Assembly (NCBI GenBank): GCA_041390825.1
Contig: JAWKPF010000019.1
Location: forward strand, 10,894-74,893
Direction of reading: 5' to 3'
From: Thermomicrobiales bacterium
Lineage (GTDB): Bacteria > Chloroflexota > Chloroflexia > Thermomicrobiales > UBA6265
DNA: 64,000 nt
The notes below the pieces were generated by a model. The model did not search any database. It worked only from the letters and a program-made list of their open reading frames with translations, and was not told the origin of the DNA. This document shows positions 39,805 to 60,574 of the stretch, piece by piece (position 1 is the first letter of the stretch; the number at the start of each line of letters is the position of its first letter). The position numbers and the translations under genes are program-made.

Positions 39805-42800
39805 TTACGGAACGAGCCGCAGTGACTTGATCTCGAACGGTCGAAACTCGAGTGCGACTTCGCTTCCCGCCGGGTAGGAGCCTCCGACCGCGTCCTCGAG
39901 GATATCGACCGGCGTGATCTCGGAAAAGCTGCGGCCGAACTTCAGCACGGCGGAACCGCGTGCTCCGTTCGGCTCGTAGAGCCGCAGGATCACGCCATTG
40001 TCATCCTCGGCCCGTTTAAGAGCGCCGATGGCGAGCTCCAATCCGGTGATCTCGACGAACGACGGCCGCTCGCTGCCGCCCTCGATGACGACGAGCGGAC
40101 TGTTGAGCCGGAACGCTTCCTCGACCACGCCCCCGTCCGACCAGGTTCCGGCATGTGGAAACACGCTGTACGTGAAGCGATGCTGACCCTCGTCCGCCAG
40201 TGGATCGGGATACAGCGGTCCGCGAAGCAGCGAGAGCATCAGATCATTTCCCAGCGCCTCGTATCCATACTTGCCGTCGTTGAGGAGTGCCACACCGTAT
40301 CCGGCCTCTGAAATATCTCCCCAACGGTGGCCGCAGCCTTCGAACCTGGCCGCATCCCATGGACCGTTGCGGTGGCTTGGGCGGTGAATCGCGCCATACA
40401 TCGTTTCGAAAGCGGCCTGGTGGCTGCGGACCGCGAGGGGCACATGGGCTTTCAACAAGACCTGACGCTCATGCCACTCTATTTCGGTCTCGATGTCGAG
40501 TCGCTTCGAATCGTGCCAAAGCCGATATGACTGAACGATCGTCGAACTTCGCCATTTTCTGACGATCCGCACCGTGGCCCGAATCGGGCCGGTTTCCACA
40601 ATTCCGAGCGAAGTCACATCGACGATTTCCTCGCCGTCGCGGGCGTAGGTCTCGTCGACGTCCCAGGCGTCCCAGGCATAGGGTTTGTCGACATAGGCCC
40701 AGAGCTGGTTGCCGCGATCGGCGAGCGTCTCCCGTTTCATTTCCCGGTCGTACGCGCTGGCAATCGTCCCATCGTGGCCGATCGTGAACCGCATTGTGGC
40801 ATTTTCCAGTGTGAAGCCGTCATCTCCAACCGAGGCGGTGACTGGCAAGAGTCGTTCGTGGTTTGAAACAGCATCGAGCCGTATCGCGCCCAGGGCCGGC
40901 ACCCTCGTTCCAGGCGCGGCGACGAGCATTCCGGCGCTGGTTCCCTGCGTGACGAACGAGCTCGTATTGAGTCCTTCTGCCAGCGATCCGGGTAGCTCCA
41001 CCGTCAAAGGGCGCGGATACAAACCGGGGTTTGCGACGAGCACCCTCCCCGGATTCGGGACTCCGCGAGAAAGCGCCCGATCTCGGAGTGACGTTGCGGT
41101 CTCGATGACCTCGGCCATCTGTCGATGAGAATCGACATAAACCTCATTGATCGACGATCCCGGCAGAATGTCGTGGAACTGATTCAAAAGGAGCGTTTTC
41201 CATGCGCGTTCGAGCGCTTCGCTTGGGTACATGGCGCCATCGAGTGAATCGATGGCATTGAAGACCTCTGCTTCGAACAGGCGGTGCTCAGCAGACCGAT
41301 TGTTCTTCTTTACGAGCGCCTGCGATGTGAGCGTGCCGCGATGCAGTTCGAGATAGAGTTCTCCAACCGCTTTGGGAAGCCCTTCCGACGGCAGTTCCGC
41401 GAAGAACTTCTCGACCGATCCCATCCGCAGCCTGGGAAGGGCGGGGAAGTCGCTGATCCGGGCATAGTTCTCCAGCATCTTTTCGCTTGGGCCGCCCGCG
41501 CCATCACCCCACCCGAACGAATAGATGCTCTCGTCGTGGATCGTCTTTCCCCGAAAGTTGCGCCAGGTCCCCAGCGTGTCGAACGGGACGATATTCCCGT
41601 TGTAGCCATGGCCCGGGTTGGAAAATGTGTGCGCGGTGACGCAGGTGCCGTCGATGCCCTCCCATTCGAAGAGATCGAATGGGAATTGGTTCGCCTCGTT
41701 CCAGTTCAGCTTGATGGTGAAGAACCCGTCGATCCCCGCCTGGCGGAGGATTTGCGGGAGTCCGCCTGAGTACCCAAAGACATCAGGGAGCCAAATGACG
41801 GTATGCCGCGAACCAAACGCCTCCTGGAAATATTGCTGGCCATAGAGCAACTGCCGTGCGAATGCCTCTCCACCTGTGATGTTCGCGTCCGGCTCGACCC
41901 ACGATCCGCCGACTGCCTCCCAGCGCCCTTCGGCCACGCGTGCCTTCACCCGCGCGAAGAGCTCCGGGTCATCTTCTTCTACCCAGGCGTAGGCCTGCGC
42001 GGAGGACTGATTGAAGGTGAAATCGGGGTAGCGGTCCATCAGGTCGATGACCGACCACCAGGTGCGCCGGATTTTCCGGCGGGTTTCCGCGAGCGGCCAA
42101 AGCCAGGCGAGGTCCGTGTGCGCGTGACCCGTCAGGCAAAGACGGCCTACCGGCGGGTAATTCTCCTTGATGCGGTCGAGCTGCTCGGCCAGGGTTTGCC
42201 GGGCCGAGAGCACCGCGGCGATCGCCTCTGGTTCGAGCGGGGCAATCGGCATCGTTTCCGGCATGCTCCAGATCGGCATGGTTGAGCGCCGGTTGTCCGG
42301 AGCTTCGTCATCTTGCCAATCGAACGGCATCACCAGCGATGCATCCCCGATTCCGGTTTCGTATCCGCGCGCGTAGCGGGAGACCGACTCGGAAGTCGAG
42401 GTCGGCCACGCCGCTGCGAGATCGGAAAGCGCGGCCTCGGCTGCATCGAACAGGAAGGGGACAACCTCGTGATCGCCGAGCGCTGAGCACGCCGCATCCA
42501 CCATGGTCAAGTCACGTTCGAGCGCCCGAACCTCCCGATGGGGAGCCACCAATGCTGCCCGTTCGATACGCGGTTCCGGAATGTCCGATCCGAAGATGCC
42601 CTTGGGCACGACCTCGGCCCAGATTTCCACCAGTTGCTGACCCTCGACCGGGTCTGCCACCGGGAATCGGTGGTGCATCACGTTGAGTCCGCCGCGAAAT
42701 CCGGTAGAAAGCCGAACGAAGCCTTCTCCCCCAAGCCAGAGCTCGATCTCGACGGGATAACCCTTCCATCCGCTGGGGACTTGGCAAGCGGCCTCGAAAA

Positions 42801-42978
42801 CGACTGGCAGATCGTGACGCGGCCAGAAATCGTGCAAACTCAGCGAGAATGTCTCACCGTCTGGATAGGTCGCGCGCCATTCGGGGATGTCGATCTCAAG
42901 GGCATTCCGCCAGGCGCGCAATTCCTTGATGCGTCGTTCGAGCCGAAGCGCTCTCCGCTGCTGTGCAGATACGACCAC
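39805..42978 (-). CDS. GH38 family alpha-mannosidase
   Basis: 1057 aa. LTGHAHTDLAWLWP...WLPDVFGYS...LNQFHDILPGSSI are GH38 N-terminal catalytic motifs, followed by the central and C-terminal beta domains. Confidence 0.9.
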   Translation of the reverse strand: MVVSAQQRRALRLERRIKELRAWRNALEIDIPEWRATYPDGETFSLSLHDFWPRHDLPVVFEAACQVPSGWKGYPVEIELWLGGEGFVRLSTGFRGGLNVMHHRFPVADPVEGQQLVEIWAEVVPKGIFGSDIPEPRIERAALVAPHREVRALERDLTMVDAACSALGDHEVVPFLFDAAEAALSDLAAAWPTSTSESVSRYARGYETGIGDASLVMPFDWQDDEAPDNRRSTMPIWSMPETMPIAPLEPEAIAAVLSARQTLAEQLDRIKENYPPVGRLCLTGHAHTDLAWLWPLAETRRKIRRTWWSVIDLMDRYPDFTFNQSSAQAYAWVEEDDPELFARVKARVAEGRWEAVGGSWVEPDANITGGEAFARQLLYGQQYFQEAFGSRHTVIWLPDVFGYSGGLPQILRQAGIDGFFTIKLNWNEANQFPFDLFEWEGIDGTCVTAHTFSNPGHGYNGNIVPFDTLGTWRNFRGKTIHDESIYSFGWGDGAGGPSEKMLENYARISDFPALPRLRMGSVEKFFAELPSEGLPKAVGELYLELHRGTLTSQALVKKNNRSAEHRLFEAEVFNAIDSLDGAMYPSEALERAWKTLLLNQFHDILPGSSINEVYVDSHRQMAEVIETATSLRDRALSRGVPNPGRVLVANPGLYPRPLTVELPGSLAEGLNTSSFVTQGTSAGMLVAAPGTRVPALGAIRLDAVSNHERLLPVTASVGDDGFTLENATMRFTIGHDGTIASAYDREMKRETLADRGNQLWAYVDKPYAWDAWDVDETYARDGEEIVDVTSLGIVETGPIRATVRIVRKWRSSTIVQSYRLWHDSKRLDIETEIEWHERQVLLKAHVPLAVRSHQAAFETMYGAIHRPSHRNGPWDAARFEGCGHRWGDISEAGYGVALLNDGKYGYEALGNDLMLSLLRGPLYPDPLADEGQHRFTYSVFPHAGTWSDGGVVEEAFRLNSPLVVIEGGSERPSFVEITGLELAIGALKRAEDDNGVILRLYEPNGARGSAVLKFGRSFSEITPVDILEDAVGGSYPAGSEVALEFRPFEIKSLRLVP

Positions 42979-43117
42979 AGGGTGTCCTTTTCTTCCTGGC
43001 GACGCCGGGATTGGGTAGATTCCAGTTCGAACCGACTGCTAGATCGATTGCGGTGAGAGATAGTACGTTTGATGGCAGGCGTGGCGCCTGGGGCGTGCCG
43101 AGATCGGGAGTGGAAGC

Positions 43118-43903
43118 GTGGAGAGTCGGGCGGGAGCGAAGAAACAACCGCGAATGGAGCAGCGGCAGTCAGTCGCGTCGCTGCACGGAATCACCTACAA
43201 CCTGTTCATCATGCTGACAACTGTACTCTCGCTCGTCATCATGGTGGCGATGGCGCTTCCCTTGAGCAGTGAGACTGAACGGCTGCTTCTCGTCTATGAC
43301 AATTTGATCTGCGTAATTTTTCTAGCGGACTTCGCGATGAACTTGAAGCTCGCTCCCTCCCCTCGAGCATACTTCATTGATGAGCGTGGTTGGCTGGATC
43401 TGCTCGGCTCGGTTCCGACGTTCCAGTTCTTTCGATTTGCCGCCCTGTTTCGGCTGGCCCGGGTCTTTCGTCTGGCGCGCGTGTGGAAGCTGATGCGCGA
43501 CAAGGGCCAGCCCCGCCTCCTCGAAGAGGTCATGCACAATCGGAGCCAGTACGCGAGTTTCATCACGCTGATGTCGGCCCTGGTGGTGCTGATGGTGTGC
43601 AGCACGCTCGTTGTGCAGGCGGAAAGTCGATCGCCCGAAGCCAATATCACCACGGCCGGAGACGGAATCTGGTGGGCAATCGTCACAATCACGACAGTTG
43701 GCTATGGCGACACCTATCCGGTGACTGCGTTCGGCCGGATCGTGGGGGTGTTCGTGATGGTCTCCGGCATCGGGATCATCGCATCAATGGCTAGCGTGCT
43801 GACGAGCCTCATAAATCCGCCTGCCAAGCCAGTATCTGCCGAAGCGCCCTCGGAGCCCCCAGTTTGTCTGGGCGACGACGGCTCGGTGCGGTCGTGCAAC
43901 TAG
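43118..43903 (+). CDS. voltage-gated-type potassium channel
   Basis: S4-like FRFAALFRLARVFRLARVWKLMR (Arg every third residue) and the selectivity filter TTVGYGD. GTG 43118 has a GGGAG SD 7 nt upstream. Confidence 0.85.
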   Translation: MESRAGAKKQPRMEQRQSVASLHGITYNLFIMLTTVLSLVIMVAMALPLSSETERLLLVYDNLICVIFLADFAMNLKLAPSPRAYFIDERGWLDLLGSVPTFQFFRFAALFRLARVFRLARVWKLMRDKGQPRLLEEVMHNRSQYASFITLMSALVVLMVCSTLVVQAESRSPEANITTAGDGIWWAIVTITTVGYGDTYPVTAFGRIVGVFVMVSGIGIIASMASVLTSLINPPAKPVSAEAPSEPPVCLGDDGSVRSCN

Positions 43904-43931
43904 AAACCGGAAGATGCGTTTCTCTTGGGAT

Positions 43932-44007
43932 TGGTGCCAAGGCGCGGACTCGAACCGCGGACCGCACGATTTTCAGTCGTGAGCTCTACCAACTGAGCTA
44001 CCTTGGC
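43932..44007 (-). tRNA. tRNA-Phe (GAA), CCA encoded
   Basis: GCCAAGGTAGCTCAGTTGGTAGAGCTCACGACTGAAAATCGTGCGGTCCGCGGTTCGAGTCCGCGCCTTGGCACCA folds as a cloverleaf by hand, with anticodon loop CTGAAAA. Confidence 0.95.
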
Positions 44008-44034
44008 AAGATTTGCATGTTGCGCGGCAGATGC

Positions 44035-44111
44035 TGGTGGGCGATAGAGGGTTCGAACCTCTGACTTCCACGGTGTAAACGTGGCGCTCTGACCAGCTGA
44101 GCTAATCGCCC
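44035..44111 (-). tRNA. tRNA-Val (TAC), CCA encoded
   Basis: GGGCGATTAGCTCAGCTGGTCAGAGCGCCACGTTTACACCGTGGAAGTCAGAGGTTCGAACCCTCTATCGCCCACCA, with anticodon loop TTTACAC. Confidence 0.95.
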
Positions 44112-44133
44112 CGATGGCGCGTTCGCTCCGCGG

Positions 44134-44218
44134 TGCCCAGGAAGGGATTTGAACCCCCACGACCGTAATGGTCACTAGCCCCTCAAGCTAGCGCGTCTGC
44201 CGATTCCGCCACCTGGGC
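44134..44218 (-). tRNA. tRNA-Leu (GAG), long variable arm, CCA not encoded
   Basis: GCCCAGGTGGCGGAATCGGCAGACGCGCTAGCTTGAGGGGCTAGTGACCATTACGGTCGTGGGGGTTCAAATCCCTTCCTGGGCA, with anticodon loop TTGAGGG. The 3' flank reads CCG. Confidence 0.88.
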
Positions 44219-44239
44219 AGGCTGCCGAATAGCCAGCCG

Positions 44240-44269
44240 ATTATAGGGGCGAGCGCGAAACCCGTCAAC
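44240..44269 (-). promoter_or_regulatory. near-consensus promoter of the tRNA operon
   Basis: Minus-strand TTGACG, 17 nt, TATAAT, about 20 nt upstream of tRNA-Leu. Confidence 0.6.
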
Positions 44270-44310
44270 GGAGACGACCCGCGTTCGAGAACGATGCGGC
44301 GGGAGCAAGC

Positions 44311-45417
44311 CTATATCCCCGAAGGAACTGCCGCCTCCGCATATCCGATGGCAAACGACTCCTCTCCGATCGTCTGTCCCAGATACCACATGCGCAGCAT
44401 GTCGCCATCCTGCAGCACGAAAGGTGCGAGCACACCGCCCTCGTCGAAGGAGCCAGGAGTCGGCCGGAGGATTGGCTGATCGAGCACCGTCCATGGTCCG
44501 AACGGGGACGGTCCGGCCGCGAGACCGATTTCTCGCGTGGCATCCTGCAGCGAGGTAAAGAAGAGCAGCCACTGCCCGTCGGGCATGTACAGAAGCGCCG
44601 GTTCTCCGACGCCGTCTTTCGTCCAATCGAGCCCGAGCGCTTGCCCCTGGAGCACAGGTTCGTCCAATTTCGTCCAGGTCAAACCGTCCGTCGACGTCGC
44701 GCCGAGCAACGTGACACCCCAGCCGACATCGCATTGTGTATAGCAATGTCCGGCGTACACCATCACGAGGTGGTCACCGGCAATCGTGATTGCGGGGCTG
44801 TAGACCGCATCGTTGTCATACCAGTTGGGAGTCGGTTCGAGAATTGGCTGGTCGGAGACTCGCTCGAAATGCACGCCGTCAGTGGACGACGCCACGGCGA
44901 GCTTTGCCGGAAAACCCATCGCCGGATCGCCTTCGGTTTCGTAGCCCGAGTAGTAGAGGAGATACGTTCCCTCGATCACGATGACGAACGAAGCCTCGAG
45001 GTTCTCTTGCCAGCTCCCTTCGATGCCGCTCAGGACCAACCCGCGGGTGATTTCATCACCGGTGTCGACCTCGGTCCAGCTCAGCCCGTCGGTCGAGGTC
45101 GCTGAGCAAATGCCAGCGCGCACATCGTCCGGCACGAATCCGGTTTCCGGCACGACGAAGCAGGTGTAGAACATGCGCAGAAAGCCATCTTCGACGATGA
45201 TCGCTGGATCGCTGGCGATGTATTGGCCGGTGAAGACAGGTTGCTGAAGTTGCTCGAAGTCGAGCGCGTACGGGAAATCTGCTGCACTGACGACAACGTT
45301 CGCGTCGCCAGTCTGCCCGTTGGCTGCAGCGCTGGGGACCAGTAGCAGGCACACCACAAGGAATAGCGCGGACAATCGAAAAACCGCGTCGCGCGCACCT
45401 TGACAAAACGTACGCAT
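44311..45417 (-). CDS. secreted beta-propeller protein, glycoside-hydrolase-like (GH43/GH32/GH130 clan)
   Basis: Signal-peptide-like N-terminus (LSALFLVVCLLLVPSAAA). Repeated blade motifs STDGLSWTEV / SSTDGVHFERV / STDGLTWTKL with ..YYSGY.., ..MVYAG.., ..MWYLG... The family was not resolved by eye. Confidence 0.6.
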   Translation of the reverse strand: MRTFCQGARDAVFRLSALFLVVCLLLVPSAAANGQTGDANVVVSAADFPYALDFEQLQQPVFTGQYIASDPAIIVEDGFLRMFYTCFVVPETGFVPDDVRAGICSATSTDGLSWTEVDTGDEITRGLVLSGIEGSWQENLEASFVIVIEGTYLLYYSGYETEGDPAMGFPAKLAVASSTDGVHFERVSDQPILEPTPNWYDNDAVYSPAITIAGDHLVMVYAGHCYTQCDVGWGVTLLGATSTDGLTWTKLDEPVLQGQALGLDWTKDGVGEPALLYMPDGQWLLFFTSLQDATREIGLAAGPSPFGPWTVLDQPILRPTPGSFDEGGVLAPFVLQDGDMLRMWYLGQTIGEESFAIGYAEAAVPSGI

Positions 45418-45520
45418 GGGAGGTACGATTCCCTCTTGCGGTTTCGAGCCACTGCCCGAAACCGGTCTCGATTACCTGGAACCGCGAGTGCTGCACGCAC
45501 CAACTAAGTTACCACAATTT

Positions 45521-45548
45521 GGGGAGGCCTAAGCCGTCCCTTTTTTTT
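45521..45548 (+). terminator. hairpin plus T8 upstream of rpoB (terminator/attenuator-like)
   Basis: GGGGAGGC-CTAA-GCCGTCCC (imperfect stem) followed by TTTTTTTT, about 185 nt upstream of the rpoB ATG. No plus-strand gene lies upstream of it. Confidence 0.4.
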
Positions 45549-45731
45549 CGTGTCCGGCGGGTGGCGCATGTCTCCCATGCGCAAACCAGGATCGACGCCG
45601 GACAAGGGAAGGAAAAGGAACCCACCCGCGGCTGAACTGGACCCTGCACCGCGGCCACACAGGCCGCAATCGGAAGACGGGCAAACCGGTGTGTCCGTCG
45701 CGTCGCTCACATATTTTTGGAGGCTTGCTAC

Positions 45732-49304
<3,573 letters not shown>

Positions 49305-49410
49305 GTATTCGTCTCGTTTTTCTTTCAGTCCCGCTCGGTAATTGTCCAATCTCGCCGCCGGGGCGGAGTGCTAACGCCTCCGGCGGCAACCTGGAAAGGT
49401 AAACAAGCGC

Positions 49411-53925
<4,515 letters not shown>

Positions 53926-53949
53926 CTCTCCACACAGATTGATTCAGGC

Positions 53950-53985
53950 AAACGGGCGGCGCCAATCAGCGCCGCCCGTTTCTGA
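53950..53985 (+). terminator. rho-independent terminator after rpoC
   Basis: AAACGGGCGGCGC-CAATCA-GCGCCGCCCGTTT followed by CTGATTT. Confidence 0.78.
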
Positions 53986-54141
53986 TTTCCCTGATAGTAT
54001 TCGCTTGACAGAAACAAGCAGTCCCCGTGTGCTTCCTTGACTCTTCAGCGTTGATGGTCGTTCGACGAGCTGAGTGGTCACTGATATCTGCCGCCGCATG
54101 CGAGCGCTTGCACCTGGGACCACGTGCTGAGGTCGGGACAG

Positions 54142-55773
54142 ATGCGGTCGATCGCTGTGGGATTTCGAGGGTTTCGTCTGACGCTCTCGGTTTTGCTGAT
54201 CCTCGCGATACTCCCTCCGCTTGTTCCGTCTTCAGTGACACTCGCTGCGCAAACCGCGGTCACCACCTCCGCGCTCAATTTGCGCCAGGGACCCTCGACA
54301 ACGTCGGCGGTCGTGCTGGTCATGCCGGAAGGCGCAACGGTGGAGATCACCGGGAGCGCGATCGGGGATTGGTATCCAGTCGCCTACGGCGGATCCGTTG
54401 GCTACGCCTTTGCGGCGTATCTGCAACTGAGCGCGCCTGAGGTGGTTCCCGGCGCGAGCGCCCGGACAACGGATTCGCTCAACTTGCGCGCGGGACCGGG
54501 CACATCTTTCGCGGTTCTTGCGGTCATGCCTGTCAGTGCAGTCGTCGTGCTGACGGGGAACGCACAGAACGGCTTCTGGGAACTTACCTACAACGGCCGG
54601 ATGGGTTGGTCGTCGAGCCAGTATCTGACGTTGACCGGAACGATGCCGACGCCAGTGCCAACGGCTCCAGTACAACCCACACAGACACCCATTGTTCCTG
54701 TGTCGCCAACCGCAACGTCGTCCGCCACTGCTCGGGCGCAGACGATCGCTCGGCTCAATCTTCGCACTGGCGCCGGAACGAATTTCCCGGTCATCACCAT
54801 CATTCCCAACGGAGCCACGGTTACGTTGCTCGGTCCTACGCGATCGGGATTCCAGCAGGTGAGCTATGCCGGCTATACCGGATGGGCATATGGGACGTAC
54901 CTGCAGCCGATTCCTGGTGGAGGTACCAGCACCGACACCCGAACAACCGCGAACGTCAATCTTCGGCAGGGTCCGTCCACGGCGCAGGCCGTGTTGTTGG
55001 TCATTCCGGCCGGCGCAAAGGTCGTTCTGGTTGGTGGCCAAGCGGCCGGATACCACCAGGTGCGGTACAACGGGGTCACGGGCTGGGTCGCAAGCGCATA
55101 CCTGACAGGCACCGGAGTTCCCCCGGACACGGCTCCGATCGAAATCCCCATCCTTATGTATCACCGAATCGCGTCAACACCGGGTCTCTATCAGGTAACG
55201 GAACAGACGCTGCGCAGCCAAATGGCGTGGCTCGCCGCAAATGGCTACACGTCCGTCACGCCAGACGACATCATGGCTCACCTGGCTACCGGAGCCCCGT
55301 TGCCGCCCAAGCCCATCATGATCACGATCGATGATGGCAACTCGTCGGATGTGCTCTTCAAGCAGATCCTCGATCAATATGGTTTCGCTGGTGTCTGGTA
55401 TCTGACCGGGCCGGGGTCGGCATACTCGACCTCCATCATCCGTGCGATGGACGGAGCGGGCCAGGTCTGTGGACACACCGTGGACCATCCCGACCTGACG
55501 GGGCTCGGGTATTCAGCGCAGTACGCCGCTATCAACAACAACAAGACGTATCTGGAGGGGATCGTCGGGCATCCGATCAATTGCTTCGCCTACCCGTATG
55601 GGGCCTACAACTCGACGACGATGGACATCGTGACGAGCATCGGCTTTACGAATGCGGTCGATGCCTGGGGTGGCCCGCTCAAGTTCACGCCGGAGCTCGA
55701 TCAGTATCATCTGACCCGAATCAACCTTTCCGGCTTCTACACGTTGCAGGAGTTCATCGGACTGGTGAGCTAG
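54142..55773 (+). CDS. secreted 4x SH3b-repeat / polysaccharide deacetylase (NodB) protein
   Basis: Signal/TM segment LTLSVLLILAILPPLV. Four roughly 60-aa repeats of type (L/V)NLR.GP(S/G)T...V....P.GA.V.L.G....G(W/F/Y)..V.Y.G..GW....YL. C-terminal ILMYHRI...ITIDDGNSSD...GHTVDHPDL...FAYPYGAYN matches NodB motifs. Confidence 0.85.
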   Translation: MRSIAVGFRGFRLTLSVLLILAILPPLVPSSVTLAAQTAVTTSALNLRQGPSTTSAVVLVMPEGATVEITGSAIGDWYPVAYGGSVGYAFAAYLQLSAPEVVPGASARTTDSLNLRAGPGTSFAVLAVMPVSAVVVLTGNAQNGFWELTYNGRMGWSSSQYLTLTGTMPTPVPTAPVQPTQTPIVPVSPTATSSATARAQTIARLNLRTGAGTNFPVITIIPNGATVTLLGPTRSGFQQVSYAGYTGWAYGTYLQPIPGGGTSTDTRTTANVNLRQGPSTAQAVLLVIPAGAKVVLVGGQAAGYHQVRYNGVTGWVASAYLTGTGVPPDTAPIEIPILMYHRIASTPGLYQVTEQTLRSQMAWLAANGYTSVTPDDIMAHLATGAPLPPKPIMITIDDGNSSDVLFKQILDQYGFAGVWYLTGPGSAYSTSIIRAMDGAGQVCGHTVDHPDLTGLGYSAQYAAINNNKTYLEGIVGHPINCFAYPYGAYNSTTMDIVTSIGFTNAVDAWGGPLKFTPELDQYHLTRINLSGFYTLQEFIGLVS

Positions 55774-55821
55774 AGCCGAATTGCGTCCGAACGCAAGCGA
55801 AAAACGCTGGCATGAGACGCC

Positions 55822-55851
55822 TTGACGCGAATTCGCGATGCGCGGTAGAAT
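55822..55851 (+). promoter_or_regulatory. candidate str-operon promoter
   Basis: TTGACG, 18 nt, TAGAAT, about 160 nt upstream of rpsL. Confidence 0.55.
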
Positions 55852-56013
55852 CTTCCGCTGTGGCCGCCGCAAGGCGGTCACGTCGTGAGGATTTGCAACC
55901 CGTATTTCGCGGGGTGCCGAACCTTGCCGGGCGAGTGGCGCCGCAGCTGCGGGTCTGATCGTTTCCGCAGAGCACGGTAGTAGGCAAGCCGCTTGTCTGT
56001 ATAGGAGTCAGTA

Positions 56014-56439
56014 GTGCCGACGATCAATCAGTTGGTCCGGAAGGGCCGAAAGAGCGTCAAGAAAAAGACCAAATCGCCAGCGCTTGGGTTTACCAACAAC
56101 GCGCTCGGTCGATATGCCGGTCGCACCCGTCGTTCGCAGGGGGCTCCCCAGAAGCGCGGCGTTTGCACCCAGGTCAAGACCATGACGCCCAAGAAGCCCA
56201 ACTCCGCGCTGCGCAAGATCGCCCGCGTGCGTCTTTCCAATCATATGGAAGTCACGGCGTACATTCCGGGTGAGGGTCACAATCTTCAGGAGCACTCGGT
56301 CGTGCTGGTGCGCGGCGGCAAGGTGAAAGACCTTCCCGGCGTTCGTTACCACATCGTCCGTGGCACCCTGGACACCCGCGGTGTCGAAAACCGCAAGAAC
56401 GCGCGCTCGAAGTACGGAACCAAGGCGCCGAAGAAGTAG
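56014..56439 (+). CDS. rpsL: 30S ribosomal protein S12
   Basis: (GTG start) [12 protein letters not shown]...[32 protein letters not shown]...[17 protein letters not shown]. Confidence 0.97.
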   Translation: MPTINQLVRKGRKSVKKKTKSPALGFTNNALGRYAGRTRRSQGAPQKRGVCTQVKTMTPKKPNSALRKIARVRLSNHMEVTAYIPGEGHNLQEHSVVLVRGGKVKDLPGVRYHIVRGTLDTRGVENRKNARSKYGTKAPKK

Positions 56440-56521
56440 CTCGAGGTTCGAGCTCCGGTTTTCGAGAGGAAACCACTCCGGCGGCTCTGCGCACGCAGAA
56501 CTGAGACGACACGACTGAGAA

Positions 56522-56556
56522 AGCGGAACGACGCAGATGCGCGTCTACCGCTTTTT
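56522..56556 (+). terminator. terminator-like hairpin inside the rpsL-rpsG spacer
   Basis: AGCGG-AAC-GACGC-AGATGC-GCGTC-TA-CCGCT followed by TTTT. Confidence 0.4.
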
Positions 56557-56645
56557 CGTCTGATTGCGAGGACGTAGGAAACACGAGGTCGCGCCGGCAG
56601 GGCCGGGATGCGCGACAGGAAACCAATCGGAGGCGAGAAAGAACA

Positions 56646-57116
56646 ATGCCGCGACGGACCAAGATCGAGCCGCGAGTGCCGGTGCCAGATTCGAAATACA
56701 ACAGCGAGCTGGTCTCCCGGTTCATCAATAAGCTCATGGAGCGAGGCAAGAAGGGCCTCGCGGAGCGCACGATGTACGACGCGCTCGCGATCGTCGAAGA
56801 GCGCTCGGGCCGTGGCGCATTGGAAGTCTTCGAGCAGGCGGTCAACAATGCGACCCCGTTCCTCGAGGTCAAGCCGCGCCGCGTTGGTGGTGCGACCTAT
56901 CAGGTTCCGGTCCAGATCGAGGGCCGGCGACGCCAAAGCCTGGCGATTCGCTGGATTCTGACCTCGGCGCGTGGGCGCTCTGGCCGATCGATGACCGAAA
57001 AACTTGCGAATGAGATCCTCGATGCCTCGAACGGGCAAGGCGCCACGATCAAGCGGCGCGAGGACACCCACCGCATGGCTGAGGCGAACCGCGCCTTTGC
57101 CCACTATCGCTACTAG
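56646..57116 (+). CDS. rpsG: 30S ribosomal protein S7
   Basis: MPRRTKIEPRVPVPDSKYNSELVSRFINKLMERGKKGLAE...RVGGATYQVPV... Confidence 0.97.
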   Translation: MPRRTKIEPRVPVPDSKYNSELVSRFINKLMERGKKGLAERTMYDALAIVEERSGRGALEVFEQAVNNATPFLEVKPRRVGGATYQVPVQIEGRRRQSLAIRWILTSARGRSGRSMTEKLANEILDASNGQGATIKRREDTHRMAEANRAFAHYRY

Positions 57117-57171
57117 TCGGTAGCGGACACGTGTTGAAACGCGAAAGCAGAATCAGGACAGTCCAAACGCA

Positions 57172-59280
<2,109 letters not shown>

Positions 59281-59340
59281 TCAACGCAACATTGGATTCG
59301 GCCCGCTGGAGCGGGAATCGGAACGAAAGGAACCTGATAC

Positions 59341-60540
<1,200 letters not shown>

Positions 60541-60574
60541 GTAGCAAGCAACGGTTCACAGGCAGGAGCAGGGA

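Noticed and set aside
56060-56130. Apparent ~20-aa insertion in S12 ([20 protein letters not shown]) between SPAL and PQKRGVC.
   Set aside because: A segment of equivalent length is present in B. subtilis-type S12 as I recall it (NKGYNSFKKEHTNVSS), so this is a normal lineage variant.
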